Of a stretch of DNA of 64,000 nucleotides, positions 29,321-39,539 are shown piece after piece; position 1 is the first letter of the stretch, and every line of letters begins with the position of its first letter. Position numbers and translations under genes: made by a program. Origin of the DNA: Bacteroidaceae bacterium. Its GTDB lineage: Bacteria; Actinomycetota; Coriobacteriia; Coriobacteriales; Coriobacteriaceae. Under the pieces are notes generated by a model. It ran no database searches, was not told the origin of the DNA, and saw only the letters and a program-made list of their open reading frames with translations. The DNA lies in NCBI GenBank assembly GCA_963617695.1, contig CAVEPV010000004.1, positions 26,834-90,833 on the forward strand. Direction: 5' to 3'.

Positions 29321-30628
29321 CTACTTGGCGCCTTCCATGACTTCGTCCAGCGTCACTGACACCTCATGGGGCGTGGGAACCCAGTCGACCTTGAGGAAGA
29401 GTGCCGCCACCGTCAGCGGAATATAGGTGAACATGAACAGCGGGAATGTGAAGAGGTTCGTCACGATTCGCCACTTTTGCTTACAGTGAATGTGCTTGAA
29501 CTCGGCGACCGTCGTCAACAGACCCAGCACGAAGAACGTGAAATACATGCTCAGCAGGGTCATCAGCAGAGAACCAAAGCACATACCCAGCTCACGGTCT
29601 GTCGCCAAAAAGCCGTGTGAAAGCGCCCCCACCAGCAAGAACGTGCCATTGGCCAGGATTGAAATCAGAGTCAGGAGCATGCCGGGGGCGATGGTCATGA
29701 GCAGGTCATAGGCCGCAAAGCGCCTAAAATGCGCAATGGACTTAACAAGATGGTTTCCGTAGGTAAAGAACACCTGGTAAAAACCCTTGGTCCAACGCAT
29801 ACGCTGTTTCCAAGACGCGGCGAGAGTTACTGGCTGCTCATCGAAGAACTCGGCCGGTGCGTAACCGATGCGCACGCCGTGGACGGCACAGAACGTCGAG
29901 AACTGAATGTCCTCGGTAAGGGTATGGAAGTCCCACCCGTGCATGCCCTCGACGATCTTGGCAGAAATCAGGTAGCCCGAGCCCGAGACCGCACACGAGG
30001 TACCGCACATCATGCGCGCGTTGTTCAGGAAGCGCGCCTCACGCAAAAACCAGGTCGCGTACGCGGCCGAGATCCACGAGCTGCCGAAATTCTTGGAGTT
30101 GCGGTAACTCGTCAGCGCAAGATAGCCCTGGTCAAAGGCATCGTTCATGATGGTGACATAGTTGGGCGCCAAGAGGTTATCGGCATCAAAGATGAAAAAC
30201 GCCTCGTAGCGGCCCGGATACTCCTTGAGGATACGCTCAAATCCAAAGTCCATGACCCAGCTCTTGCCCTTGCGCGCCAGGTCGTTGCGCTCGTATACGA
30301 TGGCACCAGCGTCTCGGGCCGCCCGGGCGGTCGCGTCGGTGCAAGCGTCGGCGACCACAAAAATGTCAATGAGCTCGGAAGGGTAATCCTGGTCCTTGAT
30401 CGAGCGAACGAGGTTAGCGATCACCGGCTCCTCGTTGTGCGCAGCGATAAAGAAGGCATAGCGATGCTGCTTCTTAGCAGCAGGGATCTTCACCTGGCCG
30501 CGAAAGAGACCCAAGAAAAAGAAGAGCACCTGGTACAAAAAGCAGAGGCCAAACAGCAAGCCGATAATGAAATTAAACAGGACAATCGGCGTGACGTCCG
30601 AGAAGTCAACGAGCATCAAAATCCTCAA
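29321..30628 (-). CDS. membrane glycosyltransferase family 2 (processive-type)
   Basis: AHNEE, D.C.D, KGK, FDADN, TED, QRMRW motifs and C-terminal TMs; start uncertain (TTG 30628 or ATG 30616). Confidence 0.9.
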   Translation of the reverse strand: MRILMLVDFSDVTPIVLFNFIIGLLFGLCFLYQVLFFFLGLFRGQVKIPAAKKQHRYAFFIAAHNEEPVIANLVRSIKDQDYPSELIDIFVVADACTDATARAARDAGAIVYERNDLARKGKSWVMDFGFERILKEYPGRYEAFFIFDADNLLAPNYVTIMNDAFDQGYLALTSYRNSKNFGSSWISAAYATWFLREARFLNNARMMCGTSCAVSGSGYLISAKIVEGMHGWDFHTLTEDIQFSTFCAVHGVRIGYAPAEFFDEQPVTLAASWKQRMRWTKGFYQVFFTYGNHLVKSIAHFRRFAAYDLLMTIAPGMLLTLISILANGTFLLVGALSHGFLATDRELGMCFGSLLMTLLSMYFTFFVLGLLTTVAEFKHIHCKQKWRIVTNLFTFPLFMFTYIPLTVAALFLKVDWVPTPHEVSVTLDEVMEGAK

Positions 30629-30721
30629 GTCGATACGAGGCGAACCGTACGCGGTGAAGTGTAACGCAGGGCTTGAACCCTATGGTGAAGCTTGTGTGCC
30701 GAATACCAGCGCTGCGGACGC

Positions 30722-31735
30722 CTAATCCAAAAGACCGAGCAAGGGGATAATGCCCTCCCCCGCCTCAGTGCGTCCCAGGGATCGTGGAGCAAGCTCATCA
30801 AGTACCGCTGCGAGGTCCCAAGGAAGTTCGTCGGTGCAAGCCACGGTCTCACCCGTAACGGGATGTGCAAACGAGACACTCCAGGAATGCAGAAACTGAC
30901 GGTCAAGACCCATGTCTGCACGACCTGGGTTACGTTTGCCGTAGAGGGGATCTCCTACCAGCGGGTGGTTGATATGGCGCATGTGCACGCGGATCTGATG
31001 AGTGCGCCCGGTATACAGATGGCATTCCACCAGCGTATAGCCATCATCGCCGTGTGCCGCCTCAAAACGCTCGAGCACACGGAAGGTCGTAATGGCCTGA
31101 CGCGCAAACGGATCATCGGAGACGGCCATCTTCACGCGATCACGGGTCGAACGCGCGATGCCGGTGTTGATTGTGCCGGAATCGAGCGAGATAAAACCGT
31201 GGCATAACGCGATATAGCGACGGTCGAGCGTGCGCGTGCGAATAAGATTCTGCAGCTCGCGTTGGGTGTCATCGTCCTTGGCGGCAAGCATGAGACCCGA
31301 GGTGTCCCGATCCAGGCGATGCACAATACCGGGCCGGTCCTCGCCCTGCACGGTACCCAGGTGATCAATGCCGCAGTGGTACACCAGCGCGTTTGCCAGA
31401 GTGCCCGAATCATGGCCGTGGGCTGGATGACACACAAGGCCTCGTTGCTTAGAAAGCACGATCAGATAATCGTCCTCATAGCGAATGTCGAGAGGAATGG
31501 CCTGCGGAATGACCTCGCCGGTCTCTTCCTCGTCAGGAAGCTCGACAGAAATCCTATCGCCATCGCAGACCGAGTACTTTTTGGATACGCAGGTCTCACC
31601 GTTCACGTCAACGGAACCGGCCTCGATCAGATGGGTGCAGGCGGAACGGGAGGGCATTCCAGACTGAGCACCCAAAAAAGAATCAAGACGCTGTCCGCAC
31701 GCAGCAGCATCTACCAGATAATGCAGGTCGGCCAT
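30722..31735 (-). CDS. rluD: RluA/RluD family 23S rRNA pseudouridine synthase
   Basis: S4 domain RLD, RPGIVHRLDRDTSG, TGRTHQIRVHM, GDPLYG; follows lspA. Confidence 0.93.
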   Translation of the reverse strand: MADLHYLVDAAACGQRLDSFLGAQSGMPSRSACTHLIEAGSVDVNGETCVSKKYSVCDGDRISVELPDEEETGEVIPQAIPLDIRYEDDYLIVLSKQRGLVCHPAHGHDSGTLANALVYHCGIDHLGTVQGEDRPGIVHRLDRDTSGLMLAAKDDDTQRELQNLIRTRTLDRRYIALCHGFISLDSGTINTGIARSTRDRVKMAVSDDPFARQAITTFRVLERFEAAHGDDGYTLVECHLYTGRTHQIRVHMRHINHPLVGDPLYGKRNPGRADMGLDRQFLHSWSVSFAHPVTGETVACTDELPWDLAAVLDELAPRSLGRTEAGEGIIPLLGLLD

Positions 31736-32328
31736 TATGCACGACCGTCCTTGTCGCTCGCCTTCTTACCGGCCTTCTTAGCACGGCGCTCAGCATCCCG
31801 ACGATTGAGTTCGGCGGTCGCATCGATCTTGTTGGCGGGAGACAGAAACATAAAGCCAAAGAAAGCCACCACGACACCCACCGTGATACCGATGTCGGCG
31901 ACGTTGAAAACCGGGAAGTCGATGAACTCGCAGGCGAGGAAGTCGGTCACGTAGCCGAACAACAGGCGATCGATGGCGTTGCCCACGGCTCCGCCCGCAA
32001 CCATGGCAAGACCGACCGTCTCGACCTTAGAGACCAGAGGCGTCTTCCAGAGATACCAGATGCTGGCCAAAACGACAGCGACGGCAAGAATTACAAAAGC
32101 GCTCCCCATGCCCTCGCCCAGCGAAAACGCAGCACCGACGTTTTGCACATGCAGCAGGCGCAGAATGCCCGGAATTACTTCGGCAGAGGGGACGTTAAGC
32201 GTCAGCGTTGCACGTACGAGCACCTTGGTGAGCTGGTCGAGCAGAATGAAGACTCCGGCCACAACGGAGGCCACGGAAAAACGCCAGATACGTGAGGGCG
32301 TCTTTGCATTAGGTTCTTCTTTGGGCAC
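31735..32328 (-). CDS. lspA: lipoprotein signal peptidase II
   Basis: DQLTK, NVGAAFS, GGAVGNAIDR, VTDF, FPVFNVAD; GTG 32328 after AAGGGGG. Confidence 0.95.
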   Translation of the reverse strand: MPKEEPNAKTPSRIWRFSVASVVAGVFILLDQLTKVLVRATLTLNVPSAEVIPGILRLLHVQNVGAAFSLGEGMGSAFVILAVAVVLASIWYLWKTPLVSKVETVGLAMVAGGAVGNAIDRLLFGYVTDFLACEFIDFPVFNVADIGITVGVVVAFFGFMFLSPANKIDATAELNRRDAERRAKKAGKKASDKDGRA

Positions 32329-32412
32329 GCCGTCCCCCTTCAATCAAGAACGGAGCTGCCGAACGAACTCGACAGCTCCATAACAAATCACAAGCGCAAG
32401 GCTAAATGAGCC

Positions 32413-35217
32413 CTACTGCTCAAGAGCAGAGGCGCAACGGGCGCACACGTGCGTGAACTGACCGTAGTCGCGCACGTCGGTACGGTAGTTCCAGCAGCGG
32501 TCGCAGCACTCGCCAGAGGCGGCCTCAACCTGCGCGGAAAGCTCCTCGCCCTCGACAAGCTCAACCTCAGAGACGATGTAGAACTCAGCGAGGTCAACAG
32601 CCTTGTCGCCGGTAAGAAGAGCGTACTGCTCAGCGGGCACGGTGGCCTTGACGCGAACCTGCTGGCTCTTGGTAAAGGTACCAGCAGAGCGAGCCTCCTC
32701 CAGCGCCTTGGTGACAGCGGAGCGAAGCTCGAGCGAGGCCTCGAGGACACCCTCGAACTCGTTGGCAGTCTCGAGGGAAATCGGGCTGCGATACCAATCG
32801 AGCAGGGCAGCGTACTTCTGGTGATCGACACAACCGGCAGGCGCATAGGCCATAACCTCGTCGGTCGTGTAGGCCAAAATGGGCTGCATGTCGCGCACAA
32901 GCATCGAGAGGAGCTCGGCCACCACGGTCTGCGCCGAACGGCGGGCGTGCGAACCGGGCTTCTCGCAGTACAGACGGTCTTTCAGAGCGTCGAGGTAAAC
33001 GTTAGAAAGCTCGGTGACCACAAAGTCGTACAGCGCACGGTAGGCACGCGGGAACTCGTAGGAAGCGTAGGCGTCGTCGACCTCGGCCTGGACTTGCGTC
33101 AAGCGGGCAACCATAAGCTTGTCGAGCGGCGTGAGCTCATCAAAGGCCACGGCGTCCTTCTCAGGCTCGAATTGCCCCTCAAGCTCGGAGAGCAGGAAGC
33201 GGTACGTATTGCGGAAACGACGATACGCATCGGACGTGCGCGCCAAGATCTCGTGATCGATAGCGACGTCAGAAGACGTGTCGACCGAAGCGACCCAAAG
33301 ACGAATAATGTCGGCGCCCATCTCATCGCACACGGCGTTGGGATCAATCACGTTGCCGAGGGACTTGGACATCTTGCGACCCTGACCGTCCAGCGTGAAG
33401 CCCTGAGAGACAACGGCCTTGAACGGAGCGACGTCGTTAGCGCCCACGGAGGTAAGCAGCGAGCTCTGGAACCAGCCACGATGCTGGTCGGAACCCTCGA
33501 GGTACACGTCGGCAGGATACTGGAGCTCAGGACGGAACTCGCAAACGGCCTTCCAAGAGACACCCGAGTCCCACCACACGTCGAGGATGTCGCGGTCGGG
33601 CTTGAGGTTGCTGCCACCACACTTGGGGCAGCGGCATGCGTCGCCCAGATACTCAGACGGCTCGTCAGTAAACCAGGCGTCGGAGCCCTTCTCGTGGAAC
33701 AGGGCGATAACGGCGTCGAGCGTGTCGTCGTTCATGACCTTCTCGCCGCAGTCTGCGCACGTATAGGACGGGATGGGCACGCCCCAGTTGCGCTGGCGCG
33801 AGATGCACCAGTCGGGACGCTGCTCGACCATGGCACCAATACGGTTAGACGCGTGCGCCGGGTACCACGTAACTTTGTTCTTGATCTGATCGCCCGCGGT
33901 CTCGCGCAGACCGGTCTTGTCCATGGAGACAAACCACTGGTCGGTAGCGCGGAAGAGCACCGGGTGCTTGCAGCGCCAGCAATGGGGATAGCTGTGTGTA
34001 ATCTTCTTCTCCATCACCAGCGTACCGCGCTCGCGGAGGAACTCGATGATGTGCGGGTTGGCCTCGTCGGTGTCCATTCCTGAGAACGGACCTCCGGTGC
34101 CAAACTCATCGCCCACGTAGAACTTGCCGTCATCGTCGACGGGCATGCAGATCTCCATGCCCTCCTTGATGCAGACGTAGTAGTCGTCCGCACCGTGGCC
34201 GGGCGAGTTGTGGACGATACCGGTACCGTCATCGACGCCCACGTAGTCGGCAAGCAGGGCCACACCCTCGATGCCGTCAAAGACTGGCTGCTTGTAGTGC
34301 AGGTGGTGGAAGGTCTCGGCAGAAACGACGTACTCCTTGCCGTCGATGCAAACCGGCATGTACTCCCAGCCAAACTCCTCGCAGCACGCGGGGGCAAGCT
34401 TCTCGAGCATGATCTCGGCGCGGCCATCGTGCTCCACAGCCACGTACATCTCGCCAGGCTTGAGCGAGACGGCCTGGTCGGACGGGATGGTCCACGGAGT
34501 CGTGGTCCAGATGATGAAGTCGACCGGACCATCGAAGCCCTCAAGGCCTGCAGGCTTAGAGGTGAGCTCAAAGCGCACGAAAATAGAGGGCGAAGTCTCG
34601 TCGGAGTACTCGATCTCGGCCTCAGCGAGTGCCGTGTGGCAATGCTTGCACCAGTGCACGGGCTTGTGGCCACGATAAATCATGCCCTTGTCAAACATGG
34701 CCTTGAAGACCTCGATGTCGGCAGCATCATGCTGATGATAGAGCGTGAGATAGGGGTTGTCCCAATCGCCAAGCACGCCCAGGCGACGGAAACCGGCCTT
34801 CTGGAGCTCAATGTTCTCGACTGCGAACTGGTTGCACAGCTCACGAATCTTGGCGGTAGAGGTCTCGTTGAACTTGGCAGTGCCGAGCTTCTCCTCGACC
34901 TTGTGCTCGATCGGCTGGCCATGGCAGTCCCAACCGGGGACATACGGAACCTCGCAGCCCTGCATGGTCCAGTAGCGGTTGATCATGTCCTTGGAGATTT
35001 TGTTCATCGCGTGGCCGATGTGGATCGGGCCGTTCGCGTACGGAGGGCCGTCGTGCAGAACGAACTTCTTGTGTCCCTTGTTCTTCTTCAGCGTCTGCTC
35101 GTAGACCTTGTTGTCCTGCCAGTCCTTGAGCCTTACCGGCTCGGACTTGGAAAGGCCGGCTCGCATGGGAAACCCGGTCTTGGGCAGGTTCATGGTCTTC
35201 TTGTACTCGTTGGCCAC
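32413..35217 (-). CDS. ileS: isoleucine--tRNA ligase, bacterial type 1
   Basis: HDGPPYANG.IHIGH, GWDCHG, WTTTPWT, DWCISRQR.WG, EGSDQHRGWF, KMSKS, C-terminal CDRCW..CARC; GTG 35217 after GGAAGG. Confidence 0.98.
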   Translation of the reverse strand: MANEYKKTMNLPKTGFPMRAGLSKSEPVRLKDWQDNKVYEQTLKKNKGHKKFVLHDGPPYANGPIHIGHAMNKISKDMINRYWTMQGCEVPYVPGWDCHGQPIEHKVEEKLGTAKFNETSTAKIRELCNQFAVENIELQKAGFRRLGVLGDWDNPYLTLYHQHDAADIEVFKAMFDKGMIYRGHKPVHWCKHCHTALAEAEIEYSDETSPSIFVRFELTSKPAGLEGFDGPVDFIIWTTTPWTIPSDQAVSLKPGEMYVAVEHDGRAEIMLEKLAPACCEEFGWEYMPVCIDGKEYVVSAETFHHLHYKQPVFDGIEGVALLADYVGVDDGTGIVHNSPGHGADDYYVCIKEGMEICMPVDDDGKFYVGDEFGTGGPFSGMDTDEANPHIIEFLRERGTLVMEKKITHSYPHCWRCKHPVLFRATDQWFVSMDKTGLRETAGDQIKNKVTWYPAHASNRIGAMVEQRPDWCISRQRNWGVPIPSYTCADCGEKVMNDDTLDAVIALFHEKGSDAWFTDEPSEYLGDACRCPKCGGSNLKPDRDILDVWWDSGVSWKAVCEFRPELQYPADVYLEGSDQHRGWFQSSLLTSVGANDVAPFKAVVSQGFTLDGQGRKMSKSLGNVIDPNAVCDEMGADIIRLWVASVDTSSDVAIDHEILARTSDAYRRFRNTYRFLLSELEGQFEPEKDAVAFDELTPLDKLMVARLTQVQAEVDDAYASYEFPRAYRALYDFVVTELSNVYLDALKDRLYCEKPGSHARRSAQTVVAELLSMLVRDMQPILAYTTDEVMAYAPAGCVDHQKYAALLDWYRSPISLETANEFEGVLEASLELRSAVTKALEEARSAGTFTKSQQVRVKATVPAEQYALLTGDKAVDLAEFYIVSEVELVEGEELSAQVEAASGECCDRCWNYRTDVRDYGQFTHVCARCASALEQ

Positions 35218-35259
35218 GATATACCTTCCACTCTGTGCGCGCCAAAGCGCATGGGCACT

Positions 35260-35296
35260 AAAAAAGCGCCCGTCCCTACAAGCTGGGACGAAGCGC
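35260..35296 (-). terminator. T-box attenuator terminator
   Basis: - strand GCGCTTCGTCCC-AGCTTGTA-GGGACGGGCGC-TTTTTT, sharing its 5' arm with the antiterminator 3' strand. Confidence 0.85.
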
Positions 35297-35536
35297 CAGA
35301 TATGCGAGCGGACTCGCACGTGCTCTTCGTTTAACCACCCAGCTTAGGTGCCCAATTGCACCCGTTACTCGGCTGGCCTGTAACGACGGCCATCCCGGCG
35401 ATACCTACTAAGGCGCAAGGGCCCGTTCGAACCGCGGCTCCGGGGTGATTTTCGCACGGTCGCGCATGCGGGTTTTTCAGCTGCTGCCCGCTCTCTGAAA
35501 TGCACGTTGGCCGACTACTCGTCCCCATCAACGCCT
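35260..35536 (-). ncRNA. Ile T-box riboswitch (ileS leader)
   Basis: Stem I with GA motif, AGUA, AGAGA bulge and GCUGAAA loop; specifier AUC at 35449-35447; antiterminator AGCUGGG-UGGUUAA-ACGAAG...CUUCGU-CCCAGCU; upstream extended -10 TG-n-TATGAT (hexamer 35551-35546). Confidence 0.92.
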
Positions 35537-35742
35537 ATGCTCGGAATCATAGCACGATGCCCGCCCGATAGAGCAAATACATCGTGCTCGCACACTCTAA
35601 ACGTGCGACCTCGAACCATGGAGGCGAAGGCCCGCGCCGTAACGTGTCGAAAAGATAATTCTTGAATCACGACACATGCGCCCCGCCGCTGCCGCAACGC
35701 ATCGGAACTACACTAGACCGGCCTAGAGAAAGGACAAGAGGC

Positions 35743-36825
35743 ATGAGAACAATCGAGATGAGCAACTATACAATCGGCGAGGACTGCTTTGAAGCGCTCC
35801 CCGACGTCATGGCGGCATATAAGGCAAAGACGGTCATGCTGATCGGCGGAAAGCGTGCACTGGCCGCCGCCTCCCCGCTCATCCATGCGGCACTCGAAGG
35901 CACCCCGATCGAGATTCTAGGCGTGCACGTTTACGGTCGCGACTGCACGCGCGACAACATCGCCACGATCGTAAACTCCCCCGCGGCACAGGCGGCCGAC
36001 GTTCTCATGGCGATCGGCGGCGGCAAGGCCATCGACACCGTCAAGACCGCAAACATCGAACTAGGCAAGACCGTCTTCTCGGTGCCTACCATCTGCTCGA
36101 ACTGCTCAGCCGGAACCGCCATCGCCGTGGTCTACCACAACGACGGCTCTCTCGACAGCTACAGCTACCCCCACTGCCCCAATCACATCTTTATCAACCC
36201 CGAGATCATCGCCAACGCGCCTGACGAGTACTTCTGGGCGGGCATCGGCGACGCCCTGTCCAAGCAGCCCGAGGTCGAGTACGCCACGAGCGGAAACGAA
36301 CTCACGCACACCGGAGCACTTGGACTTGCACTTGCGCACACCTGCTCTGAGCCGCTGTTCGAGTACGGCGCACAGGGCCTGGCCGATGTCCGCGCAAACA
36401 AGGGCTCCAACGCCGTAAAGCAGATTGCGCTCGACATCGTGGTAAACACCGGCTACGTGAGCAACCTCACCAATCAGCCGGACTTCTACTACAACTCCAG
36501 CGTGGCCCATGCCTTCTACAACGCCAGCTGCTCAATCGAGCGCGAGGGTCAGCATCTGCACGGCGAGGTGGTAAGCCTGGGCGTACTCGTCCTGTTCGCT
36601 TACACCGGCGACACCGAGAACCTCAAGCGCTACGCCGCGTTTAACAAGCAGCTCGGCTTGCCCGTCACCCTGGCCGACGTGGGCCTTACCGTTGAAGACA
36701 TCCCCGCGCTCTGCGCCGCCGCGCACGAGACCAGCGAATGGAAGTCGGCCAAGCCAGAACCCTTCACCGACGAGCAGTTCGCCCAGGCCATCAGGGACGC
36801 CGACGCATACGGCAAGACGCTGTAG
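35743..36825 (+). CDS. glycerol dehydrogenase-like / iron-containing alcohol dehydrogenase family oxidoreductase
   Basis: GGGKAIDTVK, PTICSNCS, GIGDALSK, AH.FYN, HGEVV; ATG 35743 after AGAAAGGA. Confidence 0.88.
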   Translation: MRTIEMSNYTIGEDCFEALPDVMAAYKAKTVMLIGGKRALAAASPLIHAALEGTPIEILGVHVYGRDCTRDNIATIVNSPAAQAADVLMAIGGGKAIDTVKTANIELGKTVFSVPTICSNCSAGTAIAVVYHNDGSLDSYSYPHCPNHIFINPEIIANAPDEYFWAGIGDALSKQPEVEYATSGNELTHTGALGLALAHTCSEPLFEYGAQGLADVRANKGSNAVKQIALDIVVNTGYVSNLTNQPDFYYNSSVAHAFYNASCSIEREGQHLHGEVVSLGVLVLFAYTGDTENLKRYAAFNKQLGLPVTLADVGLTVEDIPALCAAAHETSEWKSAKPEPFTDEQFAQAIRDADAYGKTL

Positions 36826-36842
36826 GCGCCCCCAATCCCCTG

Positions 36843-37400
36843 CTAGACCTCGGGATCCGCAGGCTCATCGGGCGCATCACCGGTGAGCTTGCGGCCGCAG
36901 GTCATGCAGAACGCATCGCCTTCTGAGACATGCGCACCGCATGTGGGGCAGACGGGTGAATCCGCGTCCGCAGAACTCGATGCCGGGGGAACCGGCGCGG
37001 ACGCCTCGTAGGCCTCTTTGATTTCATCCATCGACTTACCACAGCCCGAGCAAAACATGTCTGCCACGCCCACGCGCGCATGACAAAACGGGCATTCAAT
37101 CGTCATCGCAGCCTGCGCTTGCTCCTGAGCCTGCTGCTCGATGTCAGAAAGCTGCGAACGGAACGAGGCGATCTCGGCATCCACCGCAGCGATACCCTCG
37201 TAGAGACCCTCGCGACCAGCACGAAACGCCGGGTCGTTCTTGGTCAGCTCGTACAAGTTGGCGCCAAGCTGCGCTGCAAGCTGCTGGCGGCGCTTGGTCG
37301 CGTCGCTCATCTGGAGCTTGATCTTCTGCGTGTCGACCACGCGGGTGGCACTGACCATGCCGCGGTTGAGAGACGCCTGAACGTCATCGAGAAATCCCAT
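36843..37400 (-). CDS. coiled-coil plus double zinc-ribbon protein
   Basis: CPFC..FCSGCG and CPTCG..FCMTCG; SD AAGGAGG. Confidence 0.85.
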   Translation of the reverse strand: MGFLDDVQASLNRGMVSATRVVDTQKIKLQMSDATKRRQQLAAQLGANLYELTKNDPAFRAGREGLYEGIAAVDAEIASFRSQLSDIEQQAQEQAQAAMTIECPFCHARVGVADMFCSGCGKSMDEIKEAYEASAPVPPASSSADADSPVCPTCGAHVSEGDAFCMTCGRKLTGDAPDEPADPEV

Positions 37401-37529
37401 AAGGCCTCCTTGTAAGGTTTTACCTTTGATGCCATTTATATACCAAAGCCCTCGCTCCGATAACCGGAACGAAGGCTTTGGCTGTTACCAATTCAACACG
37501 CGAGTCGGCTCGGGAGCCTACACGCCGAA

Positions 37530-39425
37530 CTACTGGCCCGACTTGGGCATCAGCGGGTTCTCGCGCGAGAGGAGGTTCATGAACTCCTCGCCCGTGATGG
37601 TCTCCTTCTTATAGAGGTAGCGAGCAAGCTCGTGCAGCTTAAACTTGTTCTCCTTCAAGATCTGGAGCGCGCGGGCATGCGCCTCCTCGATAAGCTTAGA
37701 GACAATGGCATCGACATGCTCGGCGGTGCCGGGTGCGCAGGTAAGCGACGTATCCTGGTTCAGATACTGATTCTGGACCGTGCCAAGGGCCATCATGCCA
37801 AACTCATCGGACATACCGAAGCGCGTAACCATGTTGCGCGCAAGCTTGGTGGCCTGCTCGATGTCGTTCGCAGCGCCCGTGGTCATCTCGCCAAAGATAA
37901 GCTCCTCGGCCGCGCGGCCGCCGCAGTAAACGGCAAGCTTGTCCAGGATCTCCTGCTTGGTAGTAAGGAACTTCTCGTCCTCCTCGACCTGCATGGTATA
38001 GCCAAGTGCACCCGAGGTACGCGGCACGATCGTAATCTTGGTGACCGGTGCGGAGCCCTTCTGGCGAGCCGCAACGATGGCGTGGCCAATCTCATGGTAA
38101 GAGACAACCTGCTTCTCATGATCGGAGAGCACGGTGGACTTGCGCTGCTGACCAGCGATAACAACCTCCACCGACTCCTCAAAGTCCTCCTGGGTAGCAC
38201 GTTTGCGGCCCATACGAACGGCGCGAAGGGCACCCTCGTTGATGATATTCGCAAGGTCGGCACCGGAGGCGCCGGGCGTAGCGCGAGCAATCGCCGTCAG
38301 GTCCACGGGAGGCTGGATCTTCACGTCTTTGGCATGGAGCTCGAGAATCGACTTACGACCCGTAAGATCAGGCAGCTCAACAGGAATCCTACGGTCAAAA
38401 CGGCCAGGGCGCAGCAGGGCGGGATCCAGGCTATCGGGGCGGTTGGTGGCCGCGAGAACAACGATACCCTTGTGGTTGTCAAAGCCGTCCATCTCGGTCA
38501 GAAGCTGATTCAGGGTCTGTTCGCGCTCGTCGTTGCCAGAGAAGCCGCCACCGTCGCGCTTCTTACCGATGGTGTCGATCTCGTCGATAAAGACGATGCA
38601 GGGAGCCTTCTCCTTGGCCTGCTTGAAAAGGTCGCGCACCTTGGCGGCGCCGCGGCCCACGAACATCTCGACGAACTCAGAGCCGGAAATGGAGAAGAAA
38701 GGCACGCCCGCTTCGCCAGCAACTGCCTTGGCGAGCAGCGTCTTACCGGTGCCCGGAGGGCCCACGAGCAGAGCACCACGGGGAAGCTTGGCGCCGATTT
38801 CCTCGTAGCGCTGCGGCTTCTCGAGGAAGTCCACGACCTCCTTGAGGGACTCCTTGGCTTCCTCCTGTCCGGCAACGTCCTTGAAGGTCACTCCCACGTC
38901 CTTAGAAGCAATCACGCGCGCGCCGGACTTGCCCAGGCCGCCGCCCATGCCAAAGCCGCTACCAAAGTTCATCGAGGGGGCATCGTCGCCCATGGCCTTC
39001 TTCATGCGACGGTTGAGCCACCAGCCCACCAAGAAGAAAATTGCGATGGGCAAGACCATCGTGAGCAGATAGTACGTCATGAGACCGGAGTTCTTATCGG
39101 GAACCACCGACGTGAGCGATGCTCCAGACGCAAGGACTCGATCGGTGAAGCCCGAGTCATTGGGAACACCTACGGTCTTGTAGGCGACCGAATCATCTTC
39201 GCCCTTTTTGGTGTAGTAGATCGTATAGTCATCGGTGTTGTACTCGACCTTATCTACCTGCTTGTCGCTCAGGGCAGAGACAAAGGTCGAATAGTCCGTC
39301 TCGGTGATCTGCTGCGTGCGGCCCAGATTGGGGAACAGCACGGTGCTGAGCACGAGGTAGGCAACGAACGCGATGAGCACGTAGAGGATCATGTTCCTTC
39401 TACGCTTGTGGTCGTCCATCTCCAT
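37530..39425 (-). CDS. ftsH: ATP-dependent zinc metalloprotease FtsH
   Basis: two TMs, [47 protein letters not shown] 39425 has GGAG 8 nt upstream. Confidence 0.96.
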   Translation of the reverse strand: MEMDDHKRRRNMILYVLIAFVAYLVLSTVLFPNLGRTQQITETDYSTFVSALSDKQVDKVEYNTDDYTIYYTKKGEDDSVAYKTVGVPNDSGFTDRVLASGASLTSVVPDKNSGLMTYYLLTMVLPIAIFFLVGWWLNRRMKKAMGDDAPSMNFGSGFGMGGGLGKSGARVIASKDVGVTFKDVAGQEEAKESLKEVVDFLEKPQRYEEIGAKLPRGALLVGPPGTGKTLLAKAVAGEAGVPFFSISGSEFVEMFVGRGAAKVRDLFKQAKEKAPCIVFIDEIDTIGKKRDGGGFSGNDEREQTLNQLLTEMDGFDNHKGIVVLAATNRPDSLDPALLRPGRFDRRIPVELPDLTGRKSILELHAKDVKIQPPVDLTAIARATPGASGADLANIINEGALRAVRMGRKRATQEDFEESVEVVIAGQQRKSTVLSDHEKQVVSYHEIGHAIVAARQKGSAPVTKITIVPRTSGALGYTMQVEEDEKFLTTKQEILDKLAVYCGGRAAEELIFGEMTTGAANDIEQATKLARNMVTRFGMSDEFGMMALGTVQNQYLNQDTSLTCAPGTAEHVDAIVSKLIEEAHARALQILKENKFKLHELARYLYKKETITGEEFMNLLSRENPLMPKSGQ

Positions 39426-39539
39426 CGGCAAAACTCCATCTCGAGGTTATTGATTCTTCGTTAATACCCCGCCGGCGGGAAGATAATCAGAAGTAAATGC
39501 AGCGCACGGGTAAATGCGCACGAGAATGAAAGGTCACGC

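Noticed and set aside
35218..35319. N-terminal extension of IleS in the ORF track
   Set aside because: It lies within the T-box antiterminator/terminator; GTG 35217 has an SD and matches the usual IleRS N-terminus
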